From an uncultured Acidobacteriota bacterium (GTDB lineage Bacteria; Acidobacteriota; Blastocatellia; RBC074), in contig CAVUOF010000032.1 in the NCBI GenBank assembly GCA_963743045.1, positions 69,611 to 133,610 of the forward strand: a DNA stretch of 64,000 nt. Reading direction: 5' to 3'. The first letter of the stretch is position 1; every line of letters begins with the position of its first letter. Position numbers and translations under genes: made by a program. The notes below the pieces were generated by a model, which had not been told where the DNA came from, searched no databases, and saw nothing but the letters and a program-made list of their open reading frames with translations. Shown here in pieces: positions 51,867 through 63,011 of the stretch.

Positions 51867-53588
51867 ATGCCGAACATCCAGCTGAGTTTTATCGATTACC
51901 TGATCCTCGCAGTCTACTTCGCCTTCGTTCTTGGAATCGGCTGGGCGCTCAAGCGCTACATGAAGAGCAGCAGCGACTTCTTTCTCTCCGGCCGCTCGAT
52001 CCCGGCCTGGATCACCGGCCTGGCCTTCATCTCGGCCAATCTCGGCGCGCAGGAAGTCATCGGCATGGGCGCCTCCGGCGCGAAGTACGGAATCATGACC
52101 AGCCACTTCTACTGGGTCGGCGCGATTCCGGCGATGGTCTTCGTCGGCATCTTCATGATGCCGTTTTACTACGGCTCGCAAGTCCGCTCGGTGCCCGAGT
52201 ATCTCAAAGCTCCGGTTCGACGAAAAGACCCGCGGCTTCAACGCGATCTCCTTCGCCGTGATGACCGTCTTCTCCTCCGGCATCTCGCTGTATGCGATGG
52301 GACTGCTGCTCGACGACGCTGCTCGGATTGGGACTTTCACTTCAGCATCTTAGTGTCGGCCGTGATCGTGCTGGTTTATATCTTCCTCGGCGGCCTCACC
52401 TCGGCGATCTACAACGAAGTGCTGCAGTTCTTTCTGATCGTGTTCGGCTTTGCTGCCGCTGGTGTTCCTCGGCCTGCGGGACGCCGGCGGCTGGGCGGCC
52501 TGCACAAGCGCCTCACGACTGTCGCTACCTCGAATGGTTTCGCCGCCGGTGCCTGGTCTCATTCCTGGGACATCTTAGGCTCAGCTTCGGCAAACCCGAT
52601 GGGCGTCGAATGGTTCGGTATGGTGATGGGCCTGGGCTTTGTCCTCTCCTTCGGCTACTGGTGCACCGACTTTCTGTCGTGCAGCGGGCCATGGCAGCCG
52701 ACTCGATGTCGGCCGCGCGCCGGACGCCGCTCATCGCCGCCATCCCCAAGATGTTCTTCCCGTTCCTCGTCATCCTGCCGGGCATGATCGCGATCGCCTT
52801 GACGTACAACAGTCGGCCAAAGCGGATTTCGCAATCTGCCCAAGAAGCCCGACGGCAGCGTTCAACTACGATCTTGCCATTCCGACTCATGCTCGGCCAT
52901 TACTTCCCCAGCGGAATGCTCGGCATCGGCCTCACCGCGCTGATGGCCACCTTCATGTCGGGCATGGCCGGCAACGTCACGGCGTTCAACACCGTTTGGA
53001 CCTACGACATTTATCAGGCCTACATCAAACCGACGTGCCAGCGACCAGCACTACTTTGGATGGGCCGGATGGCGACGGTCTTCGGCATCGCGCTCTCGGT
53101 GGCGGCGGCGTACGTGGCGCACGCAGTTCAACAACATCATGGACATGCTGCAGCTGGTATTCGCGTTCGTCAACGCGCCGCTGTTCGCGACATTCCTGCT
53201 CGGAATGTTCTGGAAGCGAACGACCGGCCACGGAGCTTTCTTCGGCTTGCTTTCGGGCACGATTGCTGCGGCCATCCACCACGGCTTGTCGCTTCCTGCT
53301 GGTGCGCGGTACGGCATCAAAGGAGGTTGGATCGCACCTCACTATCCTACCCGAGCGAAATGGCTCAGAACTTCTGGACGGCAATCTGCGCATGGACCAC
53401 TTGCTTCATCGTCACGATCGTGGTCAGCCTCATGACCAAGCCACGTGACGAGAAAGAGCTCGTCGGACTGGTCTACTCGCTCACGGAGAAGCCGCACGAT
53501 GACGCAACGAACGTGGTATCAACGGCCGGTCACGCTGGGCGTGGTCGTGCTCGTGATGGCCGTGGCGCTGAACATCATCTTCTGGTAA
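51867..53588 (+). CDS. Sodium:solute symporter (SSS/SGLT-like, probably sugar/galactose); roughly 9-10 frameshifts
   Basis: MPNIQLSFIDYLILAVYFAFVLGIGWALKRYMKSSSDFFLSGRSIPAWITGLAFISANLGAQEVIGM.... Family-typical pieces (FHFSILVSAVIVLVYIFLGGLTSAIYNEVLQFF, AARRTPLIAAIPKMFFPFLVILPGMIA, GMLGIGLTALMATFMSGMAGNVTAFNTVWTYDIY, MLQLVFAFVNAPLFATFLLGMFWKR) alternate among all three frames. Confidence 0.8.
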
Positions 53589-53599
53589 GGGGAGGCTGC

Positions 53600-53923
53600 A
53601 TGGGGCTGGACATACGACTGCCGATTGGACTCCTGTTTTCGATCTTCGGAATTCTGCTGCTCGCTTATGGACTCGTTAGGCCGGCTGAGACTCAGAAGTC
53701 ACTCGGCCTCAACGTCAATCTCGAGTGGGGCGCGGCGATGCTCGTCTTCGGCGCTGTCATGCTTTTCTTGGGTGGCGAGGTCACACTGCGGCTCGACGAC
53801 GCCCACCGGACGAGCTCCACGAAAAATGATCGAGCCCTCCGCAATTCAGGAAGAGTTCAGCGAACTCTTTGGAAGCCCATCACGAGTCTTCCGGGCGCCC
53901 GGCAGGGTCAATCTGATTGGTGA
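53600..53923 (+). CDS. Small two-TM membrane protein downstream of the symporter (3' end uncertain)
   Basis: RBS AAGGGGAGG, then [59 protein letters not shown].... The open frame overlaps the galK start, so the true stop may have been lost to an indel. Confidence 0.35.
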   Translation: MGLDIRLPIGLLFSIFGILLLAYGLVRPAETQKSLGLNVNLEWGAAMLVFGAVMLFLGGEVTLRLDDAHRTSSTKNDRALRNSGRVQRTLWKPITSLPGARQGQSDW

Positions 53924-54985
53924 ACACACCGACTACAACGACAGGTTTTGTCATGCCGGCGGCAATTGAGTTTGCGACGTTGATTGCCGCGGCGCCGCGG
54001 CTCGACCGACGCCTCGTGGTTCGATCCGAAGCCTTCGCGGATCAGATCGATGTCGACCTCGATCATCTCCCCACTCTGCCCAGGAAACACTGGAGCGATT
54101 ACGTTCTCGGCGTAGCACACCTGCTGGAACTTAGCGGGCTCAAACTCACTGGAGCCAATCTGCTCGTCCGGAGCGACCTGCCGATCGGAGGCGGTCTCAG
54201 CTCGTCAGCGGCGATCGAGATTGCCACGGCCCTGGCGCTGCTCGGGGTGTCGGAATAGCAGCTGGACCGGCTCACAATTGCCAGAATCGGGCAGCGCGCC
54301 GAAGCTGAGGCAGCCGGCGCTCGCGTCGGAGATCATGGATCAGTTTGTTTCCTGCTTCGGTGTCCGTGGCCACGCACTGGCGCTCGATTGCCGCTCCCTG
54401 GAGTTCGAGGCCGTGCCGATTCCTGCCGACGTCGCGCTTGTCATTTGCAACACCATCGTCAGGCATGCGCTGAGCGGTGGCGAATATAACCAACGAAGGG
54501 CCGACTGCGAAGAGGGAGTGCAGGCAATGCAGGCTGTTCTTCCCGGGATCACGGCGCTGCGCGACGTGACTATGCGAGATTTGGAAGAGCATCGCGAGCT
54601 CGTCTCGGAGAGAGTCTACCGCCGCTGCCGGCATGTGATCAGCGAGAACGCGCGCGTGGGTAAGGCGGCCGAGGCACTGCATCGTGGCGATCTATCTGCC
54701 TTCGGCCAGTTGATGGCCAAATCACATCACAGCCTTCGCGACGACTATGAGGTGTCGTGCCCGGAGTTGGATGTCATGGTCGAAGCTGCGCAGCAGATCG
54801 ATGGCTGCCTGGGCTCACGCATGACCGGCGGAGGCTTTGGTGGGTGCACCGTCAATATTGTCTCGGCAGACGCCGTGAGTTCGTTTCGAGATCAAATGAG
54901 CCGGGAATACAGCCAGGCGACTGGGAGGATTCCTGAGATATATGTCTCGGCGGCGGCTGAGCACGCGGGTGAGTTGCGCATATGA
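53826..54985 (+). CDS. galK: Galactokinase; two frameshifts (~53940, ~54260-54330)
   Basis: [39 protein letters not shown], then [12 protein letters not shown]...[16 protein letters not shown], then ...[17 protein letters not shown]. These are the GHMP kinase motifs. Confidence 0.85.
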
Positions 54986-56004
54986 CCGAATTGAACCTCA
55001 GGCCACACAGGAGATTCAATCCGCTCACGCGCGAGTGGGTTCTTGTATCACCACATCGCACAGATCGGCCGTGGCTGGGCCAGGTGGAGAAGACTATCGC
55101 CGCGCATCTGCCGAGCTATGATCCCCAATGTTACCTCTGCCCTGGCAATGCCCGCGCCGGAGGTGCCCGGAACCCTGAGTACGAGTCGACTTTTGTGTTC
55201 GACAACGATTTTGCAGCGCTGCTTCCAGATACCTCGCAGGCGCAGTCGAGTGAGAAAGAATTGTTGATCGCAAAGAGCGAGCAGGGAGTCTGCCGGGTCG
55301 TCTGCTTCTCTCCCGACCATAGTCTGACGATCTCGCTCATGCCTCTGCCCGAGATCAAGCGCGTGGTGGATGTTTGGGCGCAGCAGACAAACGATCTCGG
55401 ATCGCTTTCATCGATCAACTACGTTCAAGTCTTCGAGAATCGTGGCGAGTTGATGGGCGCCAGCAATCCGCATCCACACTGCCAAATATGGGCGAGCTCG
55501 AGCATTCCGAACGAAGTGTCGAAGGAGCACGCCTCACTACAGGACTACCATGCGAGGCATGATGCCGATCTACTGGGGGACTACCTGGCGCTGGAGTTGG
55601 AAAAAGGCGAGCGAATAGTTTGCGAAAATCACTGGTTTGTGACGCTCGTACCCTTCTGGGCGGTCTGGCCTTTTGAAACGATTGTCATCAGCCGCCGCCG
55701 AGTGGCATCGCTTGAAGAGCTCGACGAGAGTGAACGGGAGGGCCTGGCGGACATTCTCAAGCGAACCACAACACGGTATGACAAGTTATTTGAGGTGTCA
55801 TTCCCTTATACGATGGGCTTTCACCAGCGGCCGAGCGACGGAGGAGCCCACGAATCGTGGAGGCTTCATGGCCACTACTATCCGCCGCTGCTGCGCTCGG
55901 CCACGATACGCAAGTTTATGGTTGGGTACGAGATGCTGGCGACGCCTCAGCGTGACATAACCCCGGAGGTCGCGGCGGCACGTCTCCGCGAGACGGCTAC
56001 TTAA
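54982..56004 (+). CDS. galT: Galactose-1-phosphate uridylyltransferase
   Basis: 340 aa, intact. Contains [28 protein letters not shown] and the [11 protein letters not shown] His-Pro-His motif. Its start overlaps the galK stop. Confidence 0.9.
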   Translation: MTELNLRPHRRFNPLTREWVLVSPHRTDRPWLGQVEKTIAAHLPSYDPQCYLCPGNARAGGARNPEYESTFVFDNDFAALLPDTSQAQSSEKELLIAKSEQGVCRVVCFSPDHSLTISLMPLPEIKRVVDVWAQQTNDLGSLSSINYVQVFENRGELMGASNPHPHCQIWASSSIPNEVSKEHASLQDYHARHDADLLGDYLALELEKGERIVCENHWFVTLVPFWAVWPFETIVISRRRVASLEELDESEREGLADILKRTTTRYDKLFEVSFPYTMGFHQRPSDGGAHESWRLHGHYYPPLLRSATIRKFMVGYEMLATPQRDITPEVAAARLRETAT

Positions 56005-56016
56005 AGATAGTCTGTT

Positions 56017-56222
56017 TCGCATCCAGAAGGGATGCAGGAAGGTGGCCAGAGGCAGCGCATCGCTGTCTCAAGGGAGGGCGGCGAACGGCTCGGTATGGAG
56101 TGCGGCGACCTGTCGCCGCTTTGCGTTACCTAGTACAGCGCTGAGATTCACAGGCGCATTTTTTTCATCACTGCACTACGTAAATCAAAAGCGGCGACAA
56201 GTCGCCGCACTCCATACTGAGC
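56017..56222. repeat. REP/REPIN-like element (GCGGCGAC hairpin family plus GCATCC..GGATGC hairpin)
   Basis: GCATCCagaaGGGATGC. GGTATGGAGTGCGGCGACctGTCGCCGC is inverted against GCGGCGACaaGTCGCCGCACTCCATAC around a ~70-nt centre. A related half-site lies at 40214-40250. Confidence 0.7.
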
Positions 56223-56338
56223 ATGTCGGGCTCAATGCGATTCACGGACGTGCCGTGGTATGTTATACCGTCTGATCGGGAGTAGTTGCAATCGATCATC
56301 GTTGCGCGCGTTAACAACAAAAAGAAGCGAGTGAGGAA

Positions 56339-57088
56339 ATGACGAAAGTTGTGCTGCTGCGACATGGCCAGAGTACATGGAATCTTGAAAACCGATTTAC
56401 AGGCTGGACCGATGTCGACTTGACCGATCAGGGACGCGAAGAGGCAAAACAATCCGGCCTGCTGCTCAAAACGGGTGGCTTCGGGTTCGATATTGCATTC
56501 ACCTCGGTACTCCGGCGGGCGATCCGAACGCTCTGGATCGCGCTCGACGAACTCGACGAGATGTGGATTCCGGTGGAGCACTCGTGGCGCCTGAATGAAC
56601 GCCATTACGGTGCACTCCAGGGACTGAACAAGGCCGAAACGGCCGCCAAATATGGCGACGAACAGGTACACATCTGGCGACGCAGTTACGACGTCAGGCC
56701 GCCTGCGCTTGAAAAGAGCGATTCGAGATTCCCCGGCAAAGATCCGCGCTATGCGGGTCTGAGCGAAGGCGAGCTACCGGCAACGGAATGCCTGCAGGAT
56801 ACGGTGGAACGTTTTCTACCCTATTGGCATGAGACGATCGCACCGTCAATTCTATCGGGACGAAGAGTAATCATTGCAGCGCACGGCAATTCACTGAGGG
56901 CGCTGGTCAAGTACCTTGATGATGTCTCGGACGAGGAGATCGTCAGCTTAAACATTCCGACGGGGGTTCCGCTCGTCTATGAGCTCGATGAAAAACTGAA
57001 GCCTCTGAAGCACTACTATCTTGGTGATCAGGATGCGATAGCCAGAGCGATGCAGGAAGTAGCAAATCAGGGCAAAGCCAGGAAGTAG
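56339..57088 (+). CDS. gpmA: 2,3-bisphosphoglycerate-dependent phosphoglycerate mutase
   Basis: [38 protein letters not shown] and [10 protein letters not shown]. Confidence 0.9.
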   Translation: MTKVVLLRHGQSTWNLENRFTGWTDVDLTDQGREEAKQSGLLLKTGGFGFDIAFTSVLRRAIRTLWIALDELDEMWIPVEHSWRLNERHYGALQGLNKAETAAKYGDEQVHIWRRSYDVRPPALEKSDSRFPGKDPRYAGLSEGELPATECLQDTVERFLPYWHETIAPSILSGRRVIIAAHGNSLRALVKYLDDVSDEEIVSLNIPTGVPLVYELDEKLKPLKHYYLGDQDAIARAMQEVANQGKARK

Positions 57089-57559
57089 ATGGCAATCGAA
57101 CCTCCGAACCTGTCAATCAGTACCGATGATCCGGCTTCTCCCGAATGCCGTGAGCTGATCAACCAACTCGACAGCTATCTTTCTTCGCTGTATCCGGCCG
57201 AGAGCAACCATCTGCTGTCCGTCGATGATCTCTCCCAGCCTAGTGTCACTTTCCTGACGGCGCGCGTCGGAACCGAGGTTGTCGGGTGCGCTGCATTGGT
57301 CAATTGCGAGAATTATGCCGAGCTCAAGCGCCTGTACGTTCTCCCTGACTATCGAGGCTTGAAGATCGGCCGCCACCTCCTCAACGAGCTCGAGACCCGA
57401 GTGAAGGCATCAGGCCTCAAGGTGGCGCGGCTCGAAACGGGAGTCTCTCAACCAGAAGTCCTGTCGCTTTGTGAGACGGCTGGTTACCGGCAGTGCGGAC
57501 CATTTGGAAGTTATTGCGACGACCCGCTGAGCATATTCATGGAAAAGAGCCTGAACTAG
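57089..57559 (+). CDS. GNAT-family N-acetyltransferase
   Basis: 156 aa. The acetyl-CoA motif region is LKRLYVLPDYRGLKIGRHLLNELE. Confidence 0.75.
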   Translation: MAIEPPNLSISTDDPASPECRELINQLDSYLSSLYPAESNHLLSVDDLSQPSVTFLTARVGTEVVGCAALVNCENYAELKRLYVLPDYRGLKIGRHLLNELETRVKASGLKVARLETGVSQPEVLSLCETAGYRQCGPFGSYCDDPLSIFMEKSLN

Positions 57560-57590
57560 CCGGCCCCGTCAGCGTAAGGAGTTTCGAAAC

Positions 57591-59639
57591 ATGCGAAGAA
57601 GAGTTGAGTACCTGCCTGCTATCCTCTGTTTGGTTTCCCTGTTGTCTCTAAGCGCGACGGCACAAACACGGCGCGCCACCGATGCCTCCGTCGATCAGAC
57701 TCTGAATCTCCTCTCGTCAACACAAACATTCAGAGAGGTTGCGGTCTCTCCCGACGGATCGCGAGTAGCCTGGGTCGAAGCCGTTCAGGAAGCCAACAAG
57801 GCTTCGATGCATTCAGTGATCTACGTCGCCGACCTCAAGTCCGGCGGAACGAAGCCACGCAGAATCACCGCGGCAAAGGGACGTGAAGCGATTACGGAGA
57901 ACAGTCTGACATGGTCGCCTGACTCGAAGTTCCTCGCTTTCCTTTCAGACCACGGCAAAGCGGATCAGATGGAGCTCTACATCGCTCCTGCTGACGGCGG
58001 AAGCGCGAAGAGGTTAACGGACCTGACGGGATTTCTCGCCGATCCGCGATGGTCGCCCGATGGAAAGACAATCGCAATTCTTTTTACGGAGAATGCGCCC
58101 CGCGCGGCGGGCCCGCTTCAGCCGGCGACGATCGAGACGGGAATGATAGAGGATCATATCTTTGAGCAACGGCTGACGCTCGTCGATGTCACTTCCGGGC
58201 GCTCGCGACAGATCTCTCCTTCTGATCTCTACGTTTACGAATACGACTGGGCGCCTGACAGTCAGAGCTTTGCGGCAATTGCGGCTCACGGCTCGGGCGA
58301 TAACAACTGGTACATCGCCGAGGTCTATACGATCCCCGTAGCAGGTGGAGGGGCAAGGTCCATTCTCAAGCCGAACATGCAGATTGCTGTGCCTCGGTGG
58401 TCACCCGATGGCAGGACCATCGCGTTTATTGGCGGCCTGATGAGCGACGAGCAGGTTATTGGGGGAGACATCTTCACTATTCCTGCAGCAGGCGGTGAGC
58501 CTCGCAACGTCACTCCTCGAATGACCCTTTCGGCGAGCTGGTTGGCATGGTCACCTGGGTCACCTGCGGGTGACGAAATCCTCTTCACCGCTCATACACA
58601 GGGCGCCAGCGGCATTGCCTCGGTAAAGGCTCAAGGCGGCGAGGTCTCGGTTCGCTGGACCGGCGCGGAGGCAGTAGCCGCCGAATCGATCATCGCCGGG
58701 CCGTCGATCTCGTGCTCCAAAGACAAGCTGATGTGTGCCGCGATTCGGCAGTCTTTTCAGGATCCGCCCGAAGTCTGGGCAGGCCCGGTGGGCCAATGGA
58801 GAGCGATCACGCATGCCAATGCCAATCTGAAACCGGTGTGGGGTGAAGCGAGGAGCATGCACTGGGAAAACGATGGCTTGAGAGTGCAGGGCTGGCTGGT
58901 CTTCCCGCGAAATTATGATCCTGCGCGCCGCTATCCAATGATAGTCTCGGTCCATGGAGGTCCATCGAGCTCACGGCAATCCACCTGGCCGCAAACCTTC
59001 TTCGATATGACCGTGCTCTCGAAGGAAGGCTATTTTGTGTTCTTTCCGAATCCGCGAGGAAGCTACGGCCAGGGCGAGGAATTCACGCGAGGAAACGTCA
59101 AGGACTTCGGCTATGGAGACCTTCGTGATATCAATGCCGGAGTGGAACAGATAGTCAAAACCATGCCGATCGACAATGACCGCATCGGCATTACCGGCTG
59201 GAGCTATGGCGGCTACATGACGATGTGGACGGTGACCCAGACCAACAGGTATCGAGCCGCAGTCGCCGGCGCCGGCATTGCGAACTGGCAGAGCTACTAC
59301 GGTCAGAATGGCATTGACCAGTGGATGATTCCGTTCTTTGGGGCTTCGGTTTACGATGATCCTTCAGTCTATGCGAAGAGCGCGCCGATAACCTTCATCA
59401 AGAATGTCAAGACACCAACGCTAATCCTGGTTGGAGATCGGGACATCGAGTGCCCAACGCCTCAGTCATATGAGTTCTGGCATGCATTGAAGACGCTGGG
59501 AGTGAAGAATCAGTTTGTGGTCTACGAGAATGAAGGGCACAGGATCGCTAAGTGGGATCACAGAGTTGACATCATGAAGCGGACCGTTGCCTGGTTCGAC
59601 GAGCTGCTTTCTGGCAGCCAGGCATCGACGGAGCGCTGA
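57591..59639 (+). CDS. S9-family serine peptidase (prolyl oligopeptidase/acylaminoacyl-peptidase-like) with N-terminal beta-propeller
   Basis: 682 aa, intact, with a signal peptide. Repeated SPDG motifs (VSPDGSRVAW, WSPDSKFLAF, WSPDGKTIAI, WSPDGRTIAF). Nucleophile elbow GWSYGGYMT, and the GDRD / EGH catalytic region. Confidence 0.85.
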   Translation: MRRRVEYLPAILCLVSLLSLSATAQTRRATDASVDQTLNLLSSTQTFREVAVSPDGSRVAWVEAVQEANKASMHSVIYVADLKSGGTKPRRITAAKGREAITENSLTWSPDSKFLAFLSDHGKADQMELYIAPADGGSAKRLTDLTGFLADPRWSPDGKTIAILFTENAPRAAGPLQPATIETGMIEDHIFEQRLTLVDVTSGRSRQISPSDLYVYEYDWAPDSQSFAAIAAHGSGDNNWYIAEVYTIPVAGGGARSILKPNMQIAVPRWSPDGRTIAFIGGLMSDEQVIGGDIFTIPAAGGEPRNVTPRMTLSASWLAWSPGSPAGDEILFTAHTQGASGIASVKAQGGEVSVRWTGAEAVAAESIIAGPSISCSKDKLMCAAIRQSFQDPPEVWAGPVGQWRAITHANANLKPVWGEARSMHWENDGLRVQGWLVFPRNYDPARRYPMIVSVHGGPSSSRQSTWPQTFFDMTVLSKEGYFVFFPNPRGSYGQGEEFTRGNVKDFGYGDLRDINAGVEQIVKTMPIDNDRIGITGWSYGGYMTMWTVTQTNRYRAAVAGAGIANWQSYYGQNGIDQWMIPFFGASVYDDPSVYAKSAPITFIKNVKTPTLILVGDRDIECPTPQSYEFWHALKTLGVKNQFVVYENEGHRIAKWDHRVDIMKRTVAWFDELLSGSQASTER

Positions 59640-59702
59640 GACTGGGTTCTCAATTTCCATCTCGCAGATCTGAATCATGCTGCGAGTGTGTGAGGTCGAA
59701 TC

Positions 59703-60446
59703 ATGTACATAAGAAGAGTTCTGAGTCTCTTGTTCTTGACTGTTGTGGTCATGGCCCAGTCACCAGATCCACCGCTGGGTGAAGCTCGGCTCAGTATTCA
59801 CACGCTCCTTCGCGAAGACATCTTTGCCGGACTTCTATCAAATGACATGACGCGATTTGAAAGGGGCGAAAGGAATATCCAGCTGTTGCTGCAGCAGCGG
59901 CCTGCGGCGCGGTCCAACGTGCTCGCCTGGCAAGCTCTGTCAAACCTTTACCGGGCTGTGCTCGCCTATGAAAATAATCGCTCAAGCGAGTTTCAGGAAA
60001 AGTACCAGGCGGCAGTCAATCTCTTTGCTCAGGCTCAGAAGCTCGGGCCTGAGGACGGAGGCGTCGCTGCGCTTGTGGGCGGAAGCTACGTAACTTTAAC
60101 TGATCGACTGCCAAAGGAGAATCGTGCGGCGGGCTGGTCGCAGGCATACGACGCCTACCACGTGCTTTGGAAGCAACAGGAAGCAATGCTCGACAAACTG
60201 CCTGTGCACATACGAGGGGAGCTGCTCGCCGGTCTGGCTCAGTCTGCGCAACGGACTGGTCGAGCTGAAGAAGCAGCGAAGCATGTTGATCGAATTCTTG
60301 AAGTGATGCGTGATACGCCTTATGAAGGTGTCGCCAGGCAATGGAAGAAGAACCCGAACGCCGCCGGGAGCAGCAGTATTGCATGTATGACATGCCATGA
60401 GCCTGGCCGGCTCGCCGCGAGACTGGTTGTTCTCAACGCGAAATAG
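59703..60446 (+). CDS. Exported helical-repeat protein with a C-terminal CxxCH motif
   Basis: Signal MYIRRVLSLLFLTVVVMAQS. Helical, TPR-like composition. C-terminal ...SSSIACMTCHEPGRL. Confidence 0.45.
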   Translation: MYIRRVLSLLFLTVVVMAQSPDPPLGEARLSIHTLLREDIFAGLLSNDMTRFERGERNIQLLLQQRPAARSNVLAWQALSNLYRAVLAYENNRSSEFQEKYQAAVNLFAQAQKLGPEDGGVAALVGGSYVTLTDRLPKENRAAGWSQAYDAYHVLWKQQEAMLDKLPVHIRGELLAGLAQSAQRTGRAEEAAKHVDRILEVMRDTPYEGVARQWKKNPNAAGSSSIACMTCHEPGRLAARLVVLNAK

Positions 60447-60473
60447 CGGGCGGGCAAGAACCGGCTGTCTCCG

Positions 60474-60697
60474 CGCATCCCGCAGGGATGCGAAGGTAGC
60501 CAGGGGCAAGCGAAGCGCAGCCCCTGGAAAGCTCGACGAAAAGAGGCGACGCGCCCTGAAGGGGCGCGAGACCGCAGTCTATCAAGTTGCTAGGTCTCGC
60601 GTCCCTCCAGGACGAGTCTCTCTTTGGCGGCTGATTCCAGGGGCTGCGCTTCGGCTTTGCTTGCCCCTGGCTACCATCTCGCATCCCTCACGGGATG
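60474..60697. repeat. Complete REPIN-like inverted doublet with short palindromic centre
   Basis: GCATCCCgcaGGGATGC + CCAGGGGCAAGCGAAGCGCAGCCCCTGG + GCGCCCTgaaGGGGCGC, centre GAGACC..GGTCTC, then the same modules in reverse-complement order, ending GCATCCCtcacGGGATG. Confidence 0.8.
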
Positions 60698-60709
60698 TTG
60701 AGGGTACAA

Positions 60710-62935
60710 CTAGAAGAGTCTTCCGAGAGAGAAGTAGAACTTGCCGCGACCACCTTCTCCCCATGCACCCCCCACAAACAGCGGCCCGAATCGAGTCTCC
60801 ATCAGCAAGCCGCTCGTGCCACTCACATTCAGCGACGCATCTCTCCAGCGATTGAAAGTGCTACCCATGTCGAACCAACCACCGGCGAAGATGCTGCCGC
60901 CCAGAAATGGCGGAAGGCGATAGAGCCGCCGCATATAGCCGACCTCTCCAAAGAGGTAGTCATCGCCGCGCAGCTCATCGCGTCCGAAGCCGCCGAGCTT
61001 GAAGAGACCGCCAAGCGTGAATTGCTGCAGCGGCCCCGCATGGTCGCCAAATGTCGTTCCGCCACCACCCCTGACCATGGCGACATTCTTGTCAGCGAAG
61101 ATATATGAATAGCTGGCTACGGTTTCTCCCTGTGGATACGCGTCGTTCGAGTCCGGACTCTTGAAGAAGTAGTTGAAGTTGCTTCGAATGACCAGCCCTC
61201 GAGTCGGAAACTGAGGACTATTCTGTCCGAAGTAGTTGTAGCGGATCGAGTAGGCGCTCAGCGTACCGCTTGGCTCGCCGAAGATTGGGTCTCCCACTTG
61301 CAGCTTCGCTGATTGGTGACCCACGTTGAAACCCGTCCTGAGTTCGCTCCTGGAATTGATGATGTAGCCGAGATCGACGCCGATCAAGGCCGTGTTCTGC
61401 CGGTATTCAGCCTGCTTCTTCCCGTCGAAGAACAGGCTTCTTTTGGTTTGCCCAATCGAGCCTTGACCGGAAACAAAGAATTTCGTTTCACCCAGTGGTC
61501 GAAAGTACTCGGTCCCCAGGTACAAGCTCGATCCAAGACTGAAGTCCGTTCGCCACTCCGCACCGTGACGTCCAATATCATAAAAGGTCAGGCGCCCTCG
61601 CAGATTGACGTTCGTGTCGTCAGTGTTGGAGTTGTCAATCTGTATCCCCAGATCAAGGAATGGCGGCCCATAGGTCTTCTCGTAACCGTGAATGATAAGA
61701 CCCGGCTTGCCATTCTCAGTGGTCCAGCCGTAGTCGAGGCTCTCAAACCGCCCAGTTCCCCGAATCCGCGTCAGCTTCTTTTCAAGCGCCGCTGTATCGA
61801 TCGGTTGGCCAACAAATGGCTGAAGCTCTTCGCTGACTGACTTCTCGATGGCGGGCGGCATTCCTTCGATTTTTACGAACGTGGGAGCAGGCACGTCAGT
61901 GCGGATGCGAGAGCGCCGGTCTGCAAGGTAGGCCTGCCATTCCGGCTCACTGACCGAAAAGTTCTGCAGCAGAAGCGCCTTCTGCTCGGCACCCTTGTAG
62001 CCGAGATCAGCAATCGCGGCCCCAGACTTGAAGTCGAGGACGTTGTATTTCTCGAGGTCCGGCGAAATCAGGAGATCCGCCAGTCGCAGATTCCGTCGGA
62101 TGCTCTCCATGGACGAGACACTACTCGTCTGGCTGAGAACCGCAAAAAGATTGTTGACCGACTCTTTGTCGCCAAGCGGAGTACCGATGTCGACGCCGAT
62201 GACGATGTTTGAGCCCATATCTTTGACGACATCCGTCGGTACGTTGTTGAGCGCCGCCCCATCGGCCAACAGCCTGCCATTGACTTCTACAGGCGAGAAG
62301 ACGCCGGGAATGGACATCGTTGCGCGAAGCGCCCTTGAGAGTGAGCCATCCTTGAAGACGACGGGCTCAGCGGCTACAAGGTCGGTTGCCACGCACCGGA
62401 AAGGGATCGGAAAATTGTCGAAGCTGCCGACATTGTCATAAGGCAGCGTCAAACGATCAAAGAGCAGCCCGACGTCGTGACCCGGATTGATGCCCGTCGG
62501 GAGCTGGATCCCATGTCGCAATCCAAGCGAGAATGGACCTGGGATGTAGAGACGGTCTTCCTTTCGGCGATAACTCAGATCCTTGAAGGCAGTGTAACCT
62601 CGCAAGAGAACATCCCAATCGAGCGTTGTCACCAGCTGGCGGATCTCGGCCGGACTCCTGCCCGTCGCATACATCGCACCAATCAAGCCTCCCATACTCG
62701 TCCCGGCGACGTAGTCGACAGGAATCCGATGCTCCTCGAACCATTGGAGCACTCCGATATGGGCGAACCCGCGCGCTCCACCTCCGCTTAAGGCGACCCC
62801 GATCCGGGGGCGCACCTTTGTAGTCCCCTGACTCAAGGACCTCGTCGGCGCAGCCACGAAGGCCAATACCATACAGATAACGACGGCCAGGCCTCTCAGT
62901 GCACCAATGGGAGACCGTCGACAGAACTTGATCAT
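60710..62935 (-). CDS. Patatin-like phospholipase fused to an Omp85/surface-antigen beta-barrel (PlpD-like)
   Basis: 741 aa, intact. Contains GVALSGGGARGFAHIGVLQWF, GTSMGG (GxSxG) and DGA. The C-terminal barrel ends GKFYFSLGRLF*. Confidence 0.8.
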   Translation of the reverse strand: MIKFCRRSPIGALRGLAVVICMVLAFVAAPTRSLSQGTTKVRPRIGVALSGGGARGFAHIGVLQWFEEHRIPVDYVAGTSMGGLIGAMYATGRSPAEIRQLVTTLDWDVLLRGYTAFKDLSYRRKEDRLYIPGPFSLGLRHGIQLPTGINPGHDVGLLFDRLTLPYDNVGSFDNFPIPFRCVATDLVAAEPVVFKDGSLSRALRATMSIPGVFSPVEVNGRLLADGAALNNVPTDVVKDMGSNIVIGVDIGTPLGDKESVNNLFAVLSQTSSVSSMESIRRNLRLADLLISPDLEKYNVLDFKSGAAIADLGYKGAEQKALLLQNFSVSEPEWQAYLADRRSRIRTDVPAPTFVKIEGMPPAIEKSVSEELQPFVGQPIDTAALEKKLTRIRGTGRFESLDYGWTTENGKPGLIIHGYEKTYGPPFLDLGIQIDNSNTDDTNVNLRGRLTFYDIGRHGAEWRTDFSLGSSLYLGTEYFRPLGETKFFVSGQGSIGQTKRSLFFDGKKQAEYRQNTALIGVDLGYIINSRSELRTGFNVGHQSAKLQVGDPIFGEPSGTLSAYSIRYNYFGQNSPQFPTRGLVIRSNFNYFFKSPDSNDAYPQGETVASYSYIFADKNVAMVRGGGGTTFGDHAGPLQQFTLGGLFKLGGFGRDELRGDDYLFGEVGYMRRLYRLPPFLGGSIFAGGWFDMGSTFNRWRDASLNVSGTSGLLMETRFGPLFVGGAWGEGGRGKFYFSLGRLF

Positions 62936-63011
62936 TTACCCATCTCCTCTCTCGATTGAGATTCAACCCGTCTGCGCCCGCCAGGTTGCTGGCGGGCGCA
63001 GACGGCTTGTC

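Noticed and set aside
52292-53923. 543-aa ORF as a single gene
   Set aside because: It is a chimera. It alternates between genuine symporter segments and out-of-frame stretches, then runs through the small membrane ORF into galK. It is better explained as the frameshifted symporter plus downstream genes.
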